Source of the DNA: a virus
Taxonomy: Duplodnaviria; Caudoviricetes
Virus record (IMG/VR): IMGVR_UViG_3300034374_002820
Span: 1 to 53,271 of that record
Strand: one strand, 5' to 3'
Length of the DNA: 53,271 nt
In this document: positions 1 through 9,794 of the stretch, piece by piece
Layout: each line of letters opens with the position of its first letter
Position numbering within the stretch: position 1 is the stretch's first letter
Notes under the pieces: generated by a model
The model's input: only the letters and a program-made list of their open reading frames with translations
Told to the model about the DNA's origin: nothing
Databases searched by the model: none
Made by a program: the position numbers and the translations under genes

Positions 1-2
1 TC

Positions 3-974
3 GAACCCGGCGGATTTGTAAACAACATTTTCGGATTCAAGGGCGGCGGAGAGGTTCCTGTCCGAAGATATGAGAATGGTACCGAGGTCGAAGAGTTAGG
101 AACCGGCGCTAATCTGTACGACCAAGATGAACTGGAGAGGTACCGGCAGGAAGCATTGACACGAGATGCCGAGCGTGAAGAAAACGACACTGGGAGTTCC
201 TTTTTTGATTGGCTTAACACACAGCTTGAAACAAGTTACGATGATCCTGAAAATGTTATTTCTCAGGTTCAGGATGCGTTATCTGGAATACCAGCCCCTT
301 TGCAAAGGCGATTAGATATCGAAGCAGCAAAAGCAGCCGCACAAAGTGGGGGACCAAGTTCCGATCCTGATGCAGGAATGACACCCCTTCTGGCCGCAGC
401 TATGGCCGGAGATCCTGAAGACTCAGTAGTTGACCCAGACCCAGTCACATCCGACCCAGACCCAGTCACATCCGACCCAGACACTGACACATCCGATAGT
501 GGCTCAGGAGGGTTTGACTATGACCTACTCCTAGAACTCGGTCTCGGTATGATGGCAGCAGGAGCAGTCCCCGGTTCCACCCTTGCAGGTTCTCTTGGTC
601 AGGGTGGTCTATCTGCTCTTCAGGCTCGAAGAGAAGCCGATGCACTAAGAAGAAAAGAGGATCTGGAAAACAGAAAACTTGAGGCTATTATACAAGCTAA
701 TCAGCAGGACTACGTGTCTGCTCTTGCAACCCTTAGTCGGGATCAATTAGAAGATCAACTGAACATTGTTGAGGATGATGTAAAATTTATTTATGATGAG
801 CTTGAGTTTATCGCAGAAGATCCACTGGCTAAGGGTGTATCAGTAACGGGCCGAGATAAAGAAGAACTAGATGTCCGTCTAAAGGAACTCTTATTGCAAC
901 AAAACACTCTTAGGAATATGTTGGGATTTTCCTCTTCAGACGATTTCATTCCAGCAGATGCCGCAGCAGATTAG
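3..974 (+). CDS. Putative internal virion/ejection protein, 5'-truncated
   Basis: Frame of the 156..974 ORF is open back to position 3 (EPGGFVNNIFGFKGGGEVPVRRYENGTEV...); Gly/Ala hydrophobic stretch (LLLELGLGMMAAGA...GSLGQGG) followed by coiled coil; directly upstream of the giant ejection-type gene. Confidence 0.7.
   Translation, partial: EPGGFVNNIFGFKGGGEVPVRRYENGTEVEELGTGANLYDQDELERYRQEALTRDAEREENDTGSSFFDWLNTQLETSYDDPENVISQVQDALSGIPAPLQRRLDIEAAKAAAQSGGPSSDPDAGMTPLLAAAMAGDPEDSVVDPDPVTSDPDPVTSDPDTDTSDSGSGGFDYDLLLELGLGMMAAGAVPGSTLAGSLGQGGLSALQARREADALRRKEDLENRKLEAIIQANQQDYVSALATLSRDQLEDQLNIVEDDVKFIYDELEFIAEDPLAKGVSVTGRDKEELDVRLKELLLQQNTLRNMLGFSSSDDFIPADAAAD
432..497 (+). repeat. 21-bp coding tandem repeat (DPDPVTS x2 plus a degenerate copy)
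   Basis: gacccagacccagtcacatcc repeated in tandem, in frame. Confidence 0.85.
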
Positions 975-989
975 CTGTAGAAAGAAACT

Positions 990-3900
990 ATGTCAGAACT
1001 AACCCTCGATTCTTTTGGTAAGACTTATACCTTTGGGGACGATGTCTCCATGGAAGAGGCCATTGCCGAAGTCCGTGGTAAATTCAATCCTAAGTATGCC
1101 GGAACAGACATTGAAAGATTATTTAATTCAAATCTAAATCTGGCGGTTCAACAGGCTGACCCAACCCAGTTCGCCATCGACCGCTCCCTGTTTGACGAAG
1201 CCGTGAACGGCATACAACTAGGGTTCAACAACGTCTTAGGCGGGACGATCAGTGGCGTTGAATCTCTCTCAGAAGCAGTCGTGGGTACCGAACTCTTTGG
1301 TAATTATTTACAAGATTGGGGCACCGACATCATGGACGAAGGCCTACGTAACCACAGGCCCGGTCGTGACTACGAATGGGCCGGGAAGCTCGGAAATGCC
1401 TTGGGATCTATCGGTGGCTTCATGGCAGGAGTGGGCGCTGCCGCCTCTGTAGGCGGTGCGATTGCCGTCACAGCGCCTGTCTCATTACCGGTTGGTGCTA
1501 CGATGTCTGCTGTGACCTTGGGCACTGGTCTGGCTCTTGGTGCCGCATGGTCAGCCGACGAGGCAAACAGACGAGCACAAGCAGCCGGCGCAACAGAAGA
1601 AGAAATCAGATCGGCCACTCTTTGGGGCGGGTTGGCAGGTCTCCCCGAGGGAATCCCGGTAGGAAGAATTCTGGGCTTAGGACCACGTTTCCTCATGGCA
1701 GCATCCGGGGGAAAACTCGGCGCTCTGACCAGACAGCGGGCCGAGGGTCTTATCGATGACGCAACGTATTACCGAAAGCTTGAACAAATCAGGGACGAGT
1801 CAAAGTTTCTTCTCAGGTATGCAAAAGAGGTCGCAACAGATGCCGGGCTTGAAGGCTCACAGGAAGCACTACAGGCCATTGGTCAAAACCTGATTGAACG
1901 CTACATCTACAATCCTGATCAGCCTATCGTAGACATGGCTTCTATCGAAGAGGGCCTGTACGGTGGCTCCGCTGGTGCTATCATGTCTGTGCTCACAGCA
2001 CCATTCAAGGTACGTGGTAACCCCGCAGGGGACGTGATACAGGCTGCTGATACAGCCGCCCGTGAAACTATTTCAGTAGCCGCACCCGCATCTACTAAAG
2101 CACAGATAGACAATCTTCCCGGAGAAACTGCGTTTGTCTTGGCTGGTGCAGTGGATCGTACAGAGACGAAACTTGGTACACCTACGGAAAGTACCAGAGA
2201 TCCAGACACGGGCGAGGTTGTGGAAAGACTTATCCTCGAAACAGATCTACCCACGGATGTCAAGAAAACAATCATTGAACAGTTTGGAGAGAATAAGGTT
2301 GTTGCTGAAGAGGCTGCATCCGCTGTTGGTACGATACCGGGCATGGGAAAGGTGATGAAGGCTGTTGATGAACAGGCTGAAACTCGACCACTCAATAAAG
2401 TATTTGCTGATATTGCGGAAAGACAGGGACGTGCATCCCCAATAAATCTTGGTCGGGATCAAGATAGGGCAAACAGGAGAGCGGTCACTCAAGCCAGAGA
2501 AGGCTTGGAACAGGCTAGAAAAGACAGGCTTGAGCAAGCATCCAAAGAAGGTCGGGTAACAGAGTTTCTCCAAGAGGAGATGTTTGCCGAAGTAGCAGCG
2601 GGTGTAGAAAAATTAAGAAACAGACAGAGGTCTGAGAAAGAAGGAATGTTTGCCGAATTGTCAGCAGGCGTAGAAAGATTAGAGAGCGAAAGGCTCGAAG
2701 GAGTGTCTGAAGGTGTAGCGGAATTTCAGGCAAGGAGAGATGCAACCGAGCAAGCCAGAGAAGGCTTGAGACAGAGAGCAGATCGTCAGGCTGTCCGAGG
2801 CGAAGTCGAAAGAGGTGCCGAGTCTCAAGCAGAAACGGACATCCCTGTCATTGACGGCGTGATGATTCCCGAGAAAGACGTCGTGGCTCAGAACAAACTG
2901 AGAGATGATATCCGTAAGCTCGCCGGGGACAAGGTCAACGTCATGTTTGCCGGGGCAAAAAAAATCAGAGACATGTACAACAAATTCACCGGGAGTAGAT
3001 TTACAACGGTTCTAGGATTTACCATGGGCACTGGTGACGCAATCGTCTTAGACAAGGACTATGTCAAAAATAATCCCGGTGCCTCAGTGGATATGCTTGT
3101 TGGCGAGGAAGCCTTCCACGTTGCCCAGACAATGTTTCTCACCGAGGGTGAACAAAAAATTCTAAGAGAAGTCTTCACCCCGGAACTTGCCGGACAGAAC
3201 GGTATCGATCTCGGATCATACACCGATCCCGAAATGAAGAGACTTGAGGCACAGGCCAAGCTCATGGGCAAAGCCTATGCAGAAGGTCTCGACTCAATCG
3301 TGGGTCTACCAAAAAAGAAAAAGGGTTTCATCCGCAGAATCATGGACAAACTCTTGAAAGGTCTCAAGTCCTTGGCCGGGGTAGCCAAGAAAAATAACTC
3401 CGAGTACCAGAGCATCGATGAAATCTTTGATGCATTCACTTCCGGAGCGTTGGCCAGACCTTCGGAGGCACGGTCAGAATCTCTGACTGACAACACGAAT
3501 CTTAACAAGATCTACGCCTCCGGTGCCGCTACCGTAGGGGCAGAACCTCTGATCAAATCCTTGGAGAGTAAAATTGAGCCCGGTAAGAAAGCCCTGAAGT
3601 CTACTTATCAGTTTCTATATGACTGGATCTATTCCAAGGTTAACACATCGTGGGATTTCTTTAGCAAGTACGACGGTCTTCGGGCCGTTGCCGAAACCGT
3701 TGGTAAAATTGAAGATAAATATAGTAGTGTTCTGCAAGGTGTACGGGATCGAACCGGTGAAGGACACTTGAATAAACTCACCGAGCCAGAGAAAGCCATT
3801 CACAATATCTTCATGGACGTGGTTCAACATGTCTTGAATGAACGGTTTAAGCCTAACACAGTGGTGAACGAAAAATATCTCAGGGATCTTGGGATCACCA

Positions 3901-6695
3901 ATGCAGCCACAATTCAAAAGATTCTAAAAGCACCATTAACGGTCACGGATGCAGATTTCTTTGGTCAGGACCTTGTCCACCCTGATCCATCAGTTAGCAG
4001 AAACATGACTTTCCGAATTGACCCCGACACAATCCTGAGTGAAGTGTTGAGTGAAACCAGAAACGCACTCGATTTTCTCTTCATAGAAAAAGTAGAAGCT
4101 GTTATTCAAACCATATTGAACGAAGCAAACGCTGCCATCAAAAGGAAAGCTGTGGACGGGGAATCTTATGTCCCCGTGACTTTCCAAGATGTGAAAGACG
4201 GCGGGGCGAGTCTAGACGCTAAAATTAATCAGTTAGAACAGAACAATGTTAACGAAACTTTGATCAAACCCTTGAGAGATAGCCGTCTTATTTACACAGA
4301 AACTATGAAGAAAAAGGGTCTCTTCTATTCTCCGTCACTTCGTTCTGGATCATTTGGTTTCAAGTTCACGTACACCGACCGGTCCGGAAGAACCGTCGAA
4401 GGTTTCCACATGATACCTGATCCAAACATAGCGAAACCATCTATGAAAAAAGCCCGGGCTGTTGCGGCAAAGTTTTTTAAAGACAACCCTCTATATACAC
4501 CCGGGGGCCTTAACGATAAAAAAAGCAGTTCTCCGGAAGACGTTGTTTATGAACTGACTCGGGATAAGTTCTTGAAGGATCTAAGCCCTTCCGGAGTCGG
4601 TAGTATTATGGGTATCTTTGATTCTATCACCGAATCAACAGATATCGACGAGATAGCCGACTTTAGAAAAAAGCTGGCGGCGGCCTTAACCAAGGGAGCG
4701 GTAACAAAAAGTCTCCCACTATCAAGAAACATTCCCGGTTACCTGACGAATCAGAATCTGTCCTCGTATTTAAATGAGTCGTGGAATAGCTTTGTTACAG
4801 GTCAGGCCAATATCATTTCCCGTCTGCCAAATAATGCCACCCTCCAGAACGATATAAGAAAGGCAAAGGGCGACAGATCTATTCCAGAAGAAGTGACTGA
4901 CCAAATTGACAAAGTCTGGGGAAAAGAGGGCTATCTTACAGAAAACCAAAAAATAGCAGATCTTGCCAAGAGAGGTGCCTTTACATTCTGGCTCGGCGGA
5001 AACATATCATCTGCCGTTGTAAATCTGGTTGGCCTTGGTCATACAACGCTGCCTTACCTACTCGCATCTGCTGATAATCCAGCACAGGCTGTGCAGGCGT
5101 TGACCAAGGGAACAAAGATCGCCCTGAGTATGACAAAGCAGTTGCCGATAAAAGCCCCAAAGGTTGGAGCCCTGAAATGGAGAGATAAGTTTCTTCAGTT
5201 TTCCGACAAACCTTTTGACTTTATAAAAAAACCTGCGGGACTCACGGACGCAGAGTGGTCCGTGATACAAAACATCCAGCCTACCCTAGAGCCAATGCAG
5301 CTTTCAGATGTCACATCCGACCTCGCACAAAAGGGATTGCTCAAGGGTAACAATCCTGCAACCCGTGCCATTGATACAGCAATTCGGGGATCGGGCGTTG
5401 CGTTTGCATGGGTTGAGCAATTCAACCGGGTTGCCACGGCAATCGCCGCTATCGAATTGGCCAAGAAGTCCCCCCAGAAATCCAGATTACTCTACGAAGC
5501 CGAGGGTAAAAACAGATACGGGAACTACACACTGGAAAATTTTGTCAGGTTCTCTGTTGAAAAGACCCAGTTCAAGTTTGATAAGACCGAACGCCCGGCG
5601 TACAACCGTGGTGCTATCGGCGGGGTTATTACCCAGTTCCTTCCTTATCAGACAAAGGTTTTTAAATATTATCTTGGTGCGATGAACGCAGCCATGACCG
5701 GAACCTCTGGCATTGATGCCGATGGTAAGCCGATCAAGATAGATCGTGAGACAAGAAAAGTCTATGCTGCCATGGCCATGTATTCAACAATGGCTTTTGT
5801 CGTAGGTGGCGGCATCCTTGGTCTACCCGCTGCTGCGATAATCGGGGATATGATGTCAATGGTTGCTGAAATCTTCAGTGATGAGGAAGAGACCCCCGAA
5901 GATTTTCTCATGGATTTATTCAACGACGTTGGTCTTAATCAGGAAATATCAGCGGCCCTAACAAACAGGGGTGTGTTGTCATTACTCGGTTTAGAGATTG
6001 GTAAACGTACAGGTCTTGAGGGTCCACGTTCTCTGTTGCAAATAACACTTGGTCAGAAAAAGGCAGATCCAGAAGATTTCTTTGGACCAGCCGGTGGTAT
6101 TCTGGGTAGTGTTTCAAATGCTGTTCGACGTTACAGCAACGGTGATACTGGGCTGGCCTTGGCTGAGCTTATGCCCCCGGTTTTCAAGAACCTCTTCTTG
6201 GCCGCAGAGGGGGACAGACGTGTCAGCCTGTCTGGACGTGAGCTTGCGGTAGAATCTTTTGGTGGCGTGGATATGGCCGACAGAGTCCTACAAGCAATCG
6301 GCTTTGTCCCAACGTCTGTTATCGAAGCCCGAACCGCCGCTTACAAAGAAATCATGATCAACCGTGATTACCGAGACAGGGGCAGAACCTTTGCCAATGA
6401 TCTGAAAAATACTTACGTTGAACTGCTGGTCGCACAAGAGGAAGGTGATGACGACCGTGTTCAGCAGTACTCGGAGCAAGCACAGGTAATCATCATGGCG
6501 GCTGTGGAACAGATGCGAGAAAACCCTGACAAGCCCTTTAGCTTTAACCCACGAAATCTGATGCGGTCAGCGTTTGATGATTACATTCGCAGAACCGGGA
6601 AGGCTCTGCCCATGACGAACATCCCGAAGGTTGTACGCCCAGAGTTCACCGATTATCTGGACAGGTTCTCGTACAGGTATCAACCAGAGCAGTGA
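990..6695 (+). CDS. Large internal virion/DNA-ejection protein (polyvalent-protein-like), 1901 aa
   Basis: Size and position at the end of the structural arm; N-terminal Gly/Ala hydrophobic segments, EGSQEALQ motif, degenerate zincin-like motif (VGEEAFHVAQ), helical C-terminal region with QFLPYQ and hydrophobic segment. Confidence 0.75.
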   Translation: MSELTLDSFGKTYTFGDDVSMEEAIAEVRGKFNPKYAGTDIERLFNSNLNLAVQQADPTQFAIDRSLFDEAVNGIQLGFNNVLGGTISGVESLSEAVVGTELFGNYLQDWGTDIMDEGLRNHRPGRDYEWAGKLGNALGSIGGFMAGVGAAASVGGAIAVTAPVSLPVGATMSAVTLGTGLALGAAWSADEANRRAQAAGATEEEIRSATLWGGLAGLPEGIPVGRILGLGPRFLMAASGGKLGALTRQRAEGLIDDATYYRKLEQIRDESKFLLRYAKEVATDAGLEGSQEALQAIGQNLIERYIYNPDQPIVDMASIEEGLYGGSAGAIMSVLTAPFKVRGNPAGDVIQAADTAARETISVAAPASTKAQIDNLPGETAFVLAGAVDRTETKLGTPTESTRDPDTGEVVERLILETDLPTDVKKTIIEQFGENKVVAEEAASAVGTIPGMGKVMKAVDEQAETRPLNKVFADIAERQGRASPINLGRDQDRANRRAVTQAREGLEQARKDRLEQASKEGRVTEFLQEEMFAEVAAGVEKLRNRQRSEKEGMFAELSAGVERLESERLEGVSEGVAEFQARRDATEQAREGLRQRADRQAVRGEVERGAESQAETDIPVIDGVMIPEKDVVAQNKLRDDIRKLAGDKVNVMFAGAKKIRDMYNKFTGSRFTTVLGFTMGTGDAIVLDKDYVKNNPGASVDMLVGEEAFHVAQTMFLTEGEQKILREVFTPELAGQNGIDLGSYTDPEMKRLEAQAKLMGKAYAEGLDSIVGLPKKKKGFIRRIMDKLLKGLKSLAGVAKKNNSEYQSIDEIFDAFTSGALARPSEARSESLTDNTNLNKIYASGAATVGAEPLIKSLESKIEPGKKALKSTYQFLYDWIYSKVNTSWDFFSKYDGLRAVAETVGKIEDKYSSVLQGVRDRTGEGHLNKLTEPEKAIHNIFMDVVQHVLNERFKPNTVVNEKYLRDLGITNAATIQKILKAPLTVTDADFFGQDLVHPDPSVSRNMTFRIDPDTILSEVLSETRNALDFLFIEKVEAVIQTILNEANAAIKRKAVDGESYVPVTFQDVKDGGASLDAKINQLEQNNVNETLIKPLRDSRLIYTETMKKKGLFYSPSLRSGSFGFKFTYTDRSGRTVEGFHMIPDPNIAKPSMKKARAVAAKFFKDNPLYTPGGLNDKKSSSPEDVVYELTRDKFLKDLSPSGVGSIMGIFDSITESTDIDEIADFRKKLAAALTKGAVTKSLPLSRNIPGYLTNQNLSSYLNESWNSFVTGQANIISRLPNNATLQNDIRKAKGDRSIPEEVTDQIDKVWGKEGYLTENQKIADLAKRGAFTFWLGGNISSAVVNLVGLGHTTLPYLLASADNPAQAVQALTKGTKIALSMTKQLPIKAPKVGALKWRDKFLQFSDKPFDFIKKPAGLTDAEWSVIQNIQPTLEPMQLSDVTSDLAQKGLLKGNNPATRAIDTAIRGSGVAFAWVEQFNRVATAIAAIELAKKSPQKSRLLYEAEGKNRYGNYTLENFVRFSVEKTQFKFDKTERPAYNRGAIGGVITQFLPYQTKVFKYYLGAMNAAMTGTSGIDADGKPIKIDRETRKVYAAMAMYSTMAFVVGGGILGLPAAAIIGDMMSMVAEIFSDEEETPEDFLMDLFNDVGLNQEISAALTNRGVLSLLGLEIGKRTGLEGPRSLLQITLGQKKADPEDFFGPAGGILGSVSNAVRRYSNGDTGLALAELMPPVFKNLFLAAEGDRRVSLSGRELAVESFGGVDMADRVLQAIGFVPTSVIEARTAAYKEIMINRDYRDRGRTFANDLKNTYVELLVAQEEGDDDRVQQYSEQAQVIIMAAVEQMRENPDKPFSFNPRNLMRSAFDDYIRRTGKALPMTNIPKVVRPEFTDYLDRFSYRYQPEQ

Positions 6696-6704
6696 TCACA
6701 AAGG

Positions 6705-6896
6705 TCACTGACATACCCGCTCATAAAATTCATTGTGAATTAAAACCTGTCTCGCTGTCCCTTCGGTCAGGACATCATCATGTGAGATCAGGATTGGCTC
6801 CATGATAGAGCAGATGTCAATCCCGGCTCCACTTGTCGAGCAGCCGCTTAGTGACATCAGAAGCAGACATCCGCTTAACGTCAGTACGTACTTCAT
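6705..6896 (-). CDS. o-spanin (Rz1-like outer-membrane lipoprotein)
   Basis: MKYVLTLSGCLLLMSLSGC has a signal peptide ending in lipobox LSGC; overlaps the 3' part of the i-spanin gene in another frame; start reassigned to ATG 6896. Confidence 0.75.
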   Translation of the reverse strand: MKYVLTLSGCLLLMSLSGCSTSGAGIDICSIMEPILISHDDVLTEGTARQVLIHNEFYERVCQ

Positions 6897-7029
6897 TGTT
6901 CTCCTGTGATTTCTTAAGGGACTCCTCGGCATAGTCAGCACGGGCTGCTTTCTTACCCGCCAAGTATGGCATAAGAAAACCTGCTAATTTACCAACTACA
7001 CCGAGGATAGACCCGATTATCGAAAGCAT
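6817..7029 (-). CDS. i-spanin (Rz-like)
   Basis: N-terminal hydrophobic helix followed by short charged helical domain, overlapped by a lipoprotein gene. Confidence 0.65.
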   Translation of the reverse strand: MLSIIGSILGVVGKLAGFLMPYLAGKKAARADYAEESLKKSQENNEVRTDVKRMSASDVTKRLLDKWSRD

Positions 7030-7220
7030 TACTTGCCGGTGTCTTTGGACTTTCCAAAATTAAGGGAAGCCCATTCGATAAGTTTGTAAGCACGTCCCAA
7101 AAGGGTATCAGGGTCTGGGGTCTTTGTACCGGCAACCATCATTGATGCTGCGACAACAACCAGACCTCCGATTTGCATGAGGATATCTCGTGCATCCCAT
7201 ACTCTTTCCATAATTTCCAT
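7029..7220 (-). CDS. Putative holin
   Basis: 63 aa with one hydrophobic segment, TKTP.PD motif and basic C-terminus; coupled (TAATG) to the spanin pair. Confidence 0.55.
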   Translation of the reverse strand: MEIMERVWDARDILMQIGGLVVVAASMMVAGTKTPDPDTLLGRAYKLIEWASLNFGKSKDTGK

Positions 7221-7229
7221 AATAATAAA

Positions 7230-7493
7230 TTACTCCTGTTCTACTGCATCAACATACTCAATAAGAGCATTTTGGATACGACTAAGCATAAAATAGATCT
7301 CTGGCACTGACAAACCGGGAGTAATCCAATGATGACATTCATTCTTAGAGAAGGTCACTAACAAAACCCCGTCAACGTAGTCCTGAGCTTTTTCAAGATA
7401 CTCCTCAAGTTTTTCTATATCGTTTCTGACGTTACTAATTTTCTCTTCCTGAGTTTGTTCAGGTATAACTCCGGGGAAATTAATTACTGTCAT
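7230..7493 (-). CDS. Hypothetical protein (87 aa)
   Basis: Start reassigned to MTVINFPG (ATG 7493, GAGG upstream), just after the stop of the previous gene; the longer call overlaps that gene. Confidence 0.65.
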   Translation of the reverse strand: MTVINFPGVIPEQTQEEKISNVRNDIEKLEEYLEKAQDYVDGVLLVTFSKNECHHWITPGLSVPEIYFMLSRIQNALIEYVDAVEQE

Positions 7494-7497
7494 AGTA

Positions 7498-9768
7498 TCA
7501 GATTCCCTCAATTTGCAAGAAAGATTTGTACGAGTCGTAGTTTTTCTTTTCTTTCTCAATCTGCCAGAGGGCATGTCCCATACCGCCTTCGCCATACACA
7601 TGGTACTCAGAATCGTCGTCTCGTTGGAAGAACTGTTCCATGTCTTGGCCCATCGCCAGTAGCTCTCCGGTTGAAACAAAAGACTCTCCCCCGACACTGA
7701 CCTGTAGATACTTCGGACGACCCTTGTCATCCTTTGTATCCATGTCAAGCGGCTCATTTAAATCCATACAGGCATCGTAACCAAACAGATGGAACGTGCG
7801 GAACCCGAAAGTATGCATCAGGGCAATCTGTCGCATCGCTGCACAGGTTCCACCAGAGATCATGAGTCTATCAGACATCCCATCAAAAGTTGTCACAGCA
7901 TTCGAGAACGCATCCCATCCGATAATCTTGGCATTATTCTTTTTCAGATAATGGGTGACAGACGGATCTGTCATCGAAGCCACGAAGTAATATGTATCTG
8001 GATTCGGAGTGCCTAGTAGATCCCTTCGCTTGAAACCGTGCGTCGAGATACCATCAAGCTCTCGGGGATCAAGGATGACACAGCCCCATGGGATGATACC
8101 ATTTTCGATGAGGAAGTTATGAGCGTGTTTAACACACACAACCTTATGTCCCCTCTCGTAAAGCTCCTGAATCAGGTGCAAGTCCTTCTTGATTGTGGGA
8201 CCACCCGAGACACAGATAACACTCTCTGTGTTCCAGTGGTATCTGGAGTTAACCCACTTATCAATCATGAGATGATTCGACTTAATGTTATTGTGAATGT
8301 ATTCATCAGGGACGCAGTCACGAGGCTGCACCTTGATAGGAACCGTGACGTTCTCGAAGTCCGGTGGAACAGGTAGACTACCGTCGATAGCATAGGCAAG
8401 ACAGGTGATCCCGCCGCCCTGTACCCCGTCTCTGGACGGGATCACACCTGAGTGAAGATCCTCGGAAAGTTCCCCATCAATAATCAGGTTACACCCAAAC
8501 TTCGTAGTGTCTAGGATTTCCCCGCCTTCGCCAGATGGCATGTAGTAATCATCAAAGATGATAACAGGGACATCCTTCAGGTTATCATAGTCCGATCTGA
8601 TCGTTTCGATTGAGTGCCCCCCATCGATATAGGCAAAGTCTGGGGAATATCGAGACATGATATCGGGAAGAGTATCTCTTGAATTACCCTTGATCAGTTC
8701 GAAGCTGACCTTCTTTTTTTCGAGGAGCGCATCCTTGGCGTAAGTATTAAGGAGTGCTTTGACATTATGTAGATAGGTCCGTTGCTTTACGTTAGCTTCT
8801 TCCTTATCCAGTTCTTCATCTCCGTCTTCAAACATATCCAGTCCGACGTAATGAACAGAATCCGAATTTTGAAGCGCAGCGCTGAGTAAACGTAAAGCTC
8901 TCTTACCATTCCACGTACCCACTTCAAGCAGCTTCGTACTCTTGTAATGGACGATGAACTTCTCGATCTCTTTATAACGTAAGGGTCCGGGTTGATAAGG
9001 CGCATTAAGAATCGCCTTGCGTCCCCCCTTAAAGTGAATGAAGTACTCGGCCAAAACCGAGTATTCAAACGCATCCAGTGATGCTGCATGTGGTGAAAGA
9101 TTGTGTGCAGTAATCCCGTGATTTTTGTGTAAGTTAAGAAGTCGTTCAAATGAAAAAGCATCAGTCCATTCCCTTAGTCCTAGAATTTCATTGGATGTGT
9201 ATAGGCCCCTCCAGTCACGGAGAAACTCATGAGCTTTATTATAATTAAGATTAAAACCAATGAAGCCTGTTTCAGAATAATCAATGATACCTTCACGTCC
9301 AAGGTGAACCAGATCCGCCGTGTCTGGAAAAACAAGATTCAAAAGATTAGTGTCTACTTTCTTTGTGGTAATCACATCAGCATCGATCCAACACAACCAA
9401 CCCATGTCCTTCTTTGAAGACATGTACCTTACATGATCACATAAGGCGAACACCTTATGGCTGAATTTAACAGCGTCCATTCGATAGTTGTACGGCTCAC
9501 CGCCATTAAACTGAGCGTTCTTTTTCTTGAATGTATTTAGATCTGTGTTCTTATCCAGAGACACATAGTTAATATTCTTTGCTTTAATAACATCCTTTGG
9601 GAGCTTACCACCATCATAGTACACAGTGAGTCTGATGTTTTTGGGCCAGAACTTTACCCAGCTTTCGATAAAACGTCGGGCATATACTTCATAGTCACTG
9701 ATCCTGAAAGATGTGATTACGGTAATAGGGGTGTGTAGATCTAGTCTAGTGTTTGAGGCTGCGGTCAT
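7498..9768 (-). CDS. Three-domain fusion: GT-A-like glycosyltransferase + class I SAM methyltransferase + DUF115/MAF_flag10 (MptE-like) domain
   Basis: WIDAD (DxD) and ETGF in the N-terminal part; LLEVGTWNG and DFAYIDGGHS in the middle; ICVSGGPT and GGTCAAMRQIALMHTFGFRTFHLFGYD at the C-terminus. Confidence 0.75.
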   Translation of the reverse strand: MTAASNTRLDLHTPITVITSFRISDYEVYARRFIESWVKFWPKNIRLTVYYDGGKLPKDVIKAKNINYVSLDKNTDLNTFKKKNAQFNGGEPYNYRMDAVKFSHKVFALCDHVRYMSSKKDMGWLCWIDADVITTKKVDTNLLNLVFPDTADLVHLGREGIIDYSETGFIGFNLNYNKAHEFLRDWRGLYTSNEILGLREWTDAFSFERLLNLHKNHGITAHNLSPHAASLDAFEYSVLAEYFIHFKGGRKAILNAPYQPGPLRYKEIEKFIVHYKSTKLLEVGTWNGKRALRLLSAALQNSDSVHYVGLDMFEDGDEELDKEEANVKQRTYLHNVKALLNTYAKDALLEKKKVSFELIKGNSRDTLPDIMSRYSPDFAYIDGGHSIETIRSDYDNLKDVPVIIFDDYYMPSGEGGEILDTTKFGCNLIIDGELSEDLHSGVIPSRDGVQGGGITCLAYAIDGSLPVPPDFENVTVPIKVQPRDCVPDEYIHNNIKSNHLMIDKWVNSRYHWNTESVICVSGGPTIKKDLHLIQELYERGHKVVCVKHAHNFLIENGIIPWGCVILDPRELDGISTHGFKRRDLLGTPNPDTYYFVASMTDPSVTHYLKKNNAKIIGWDAFSNAVTTFDGMSDRLMISGGTCAAMRQIALMHTFGFRTFHLFGYDACMDLNEPLDMDTKDDKGRPKYLQVSVGGESFVSTGELLAMGQDMEQFFQRDDDSEYHVYGEGGMGHALWQIEKEKKNYDSYKSFLQIEGI

Positions 9769-9794
9769 CTGTTGTGCTCCTGTAGGTTCAAATG

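Noticed and set aside
1252-6479. Many short alternative-frame and antisense ORFs inside the 1901-aa gene, and likewise inside other long genes
   Set aside because: No RBS, no recognisable motifs, fully nested in well-supported genes.
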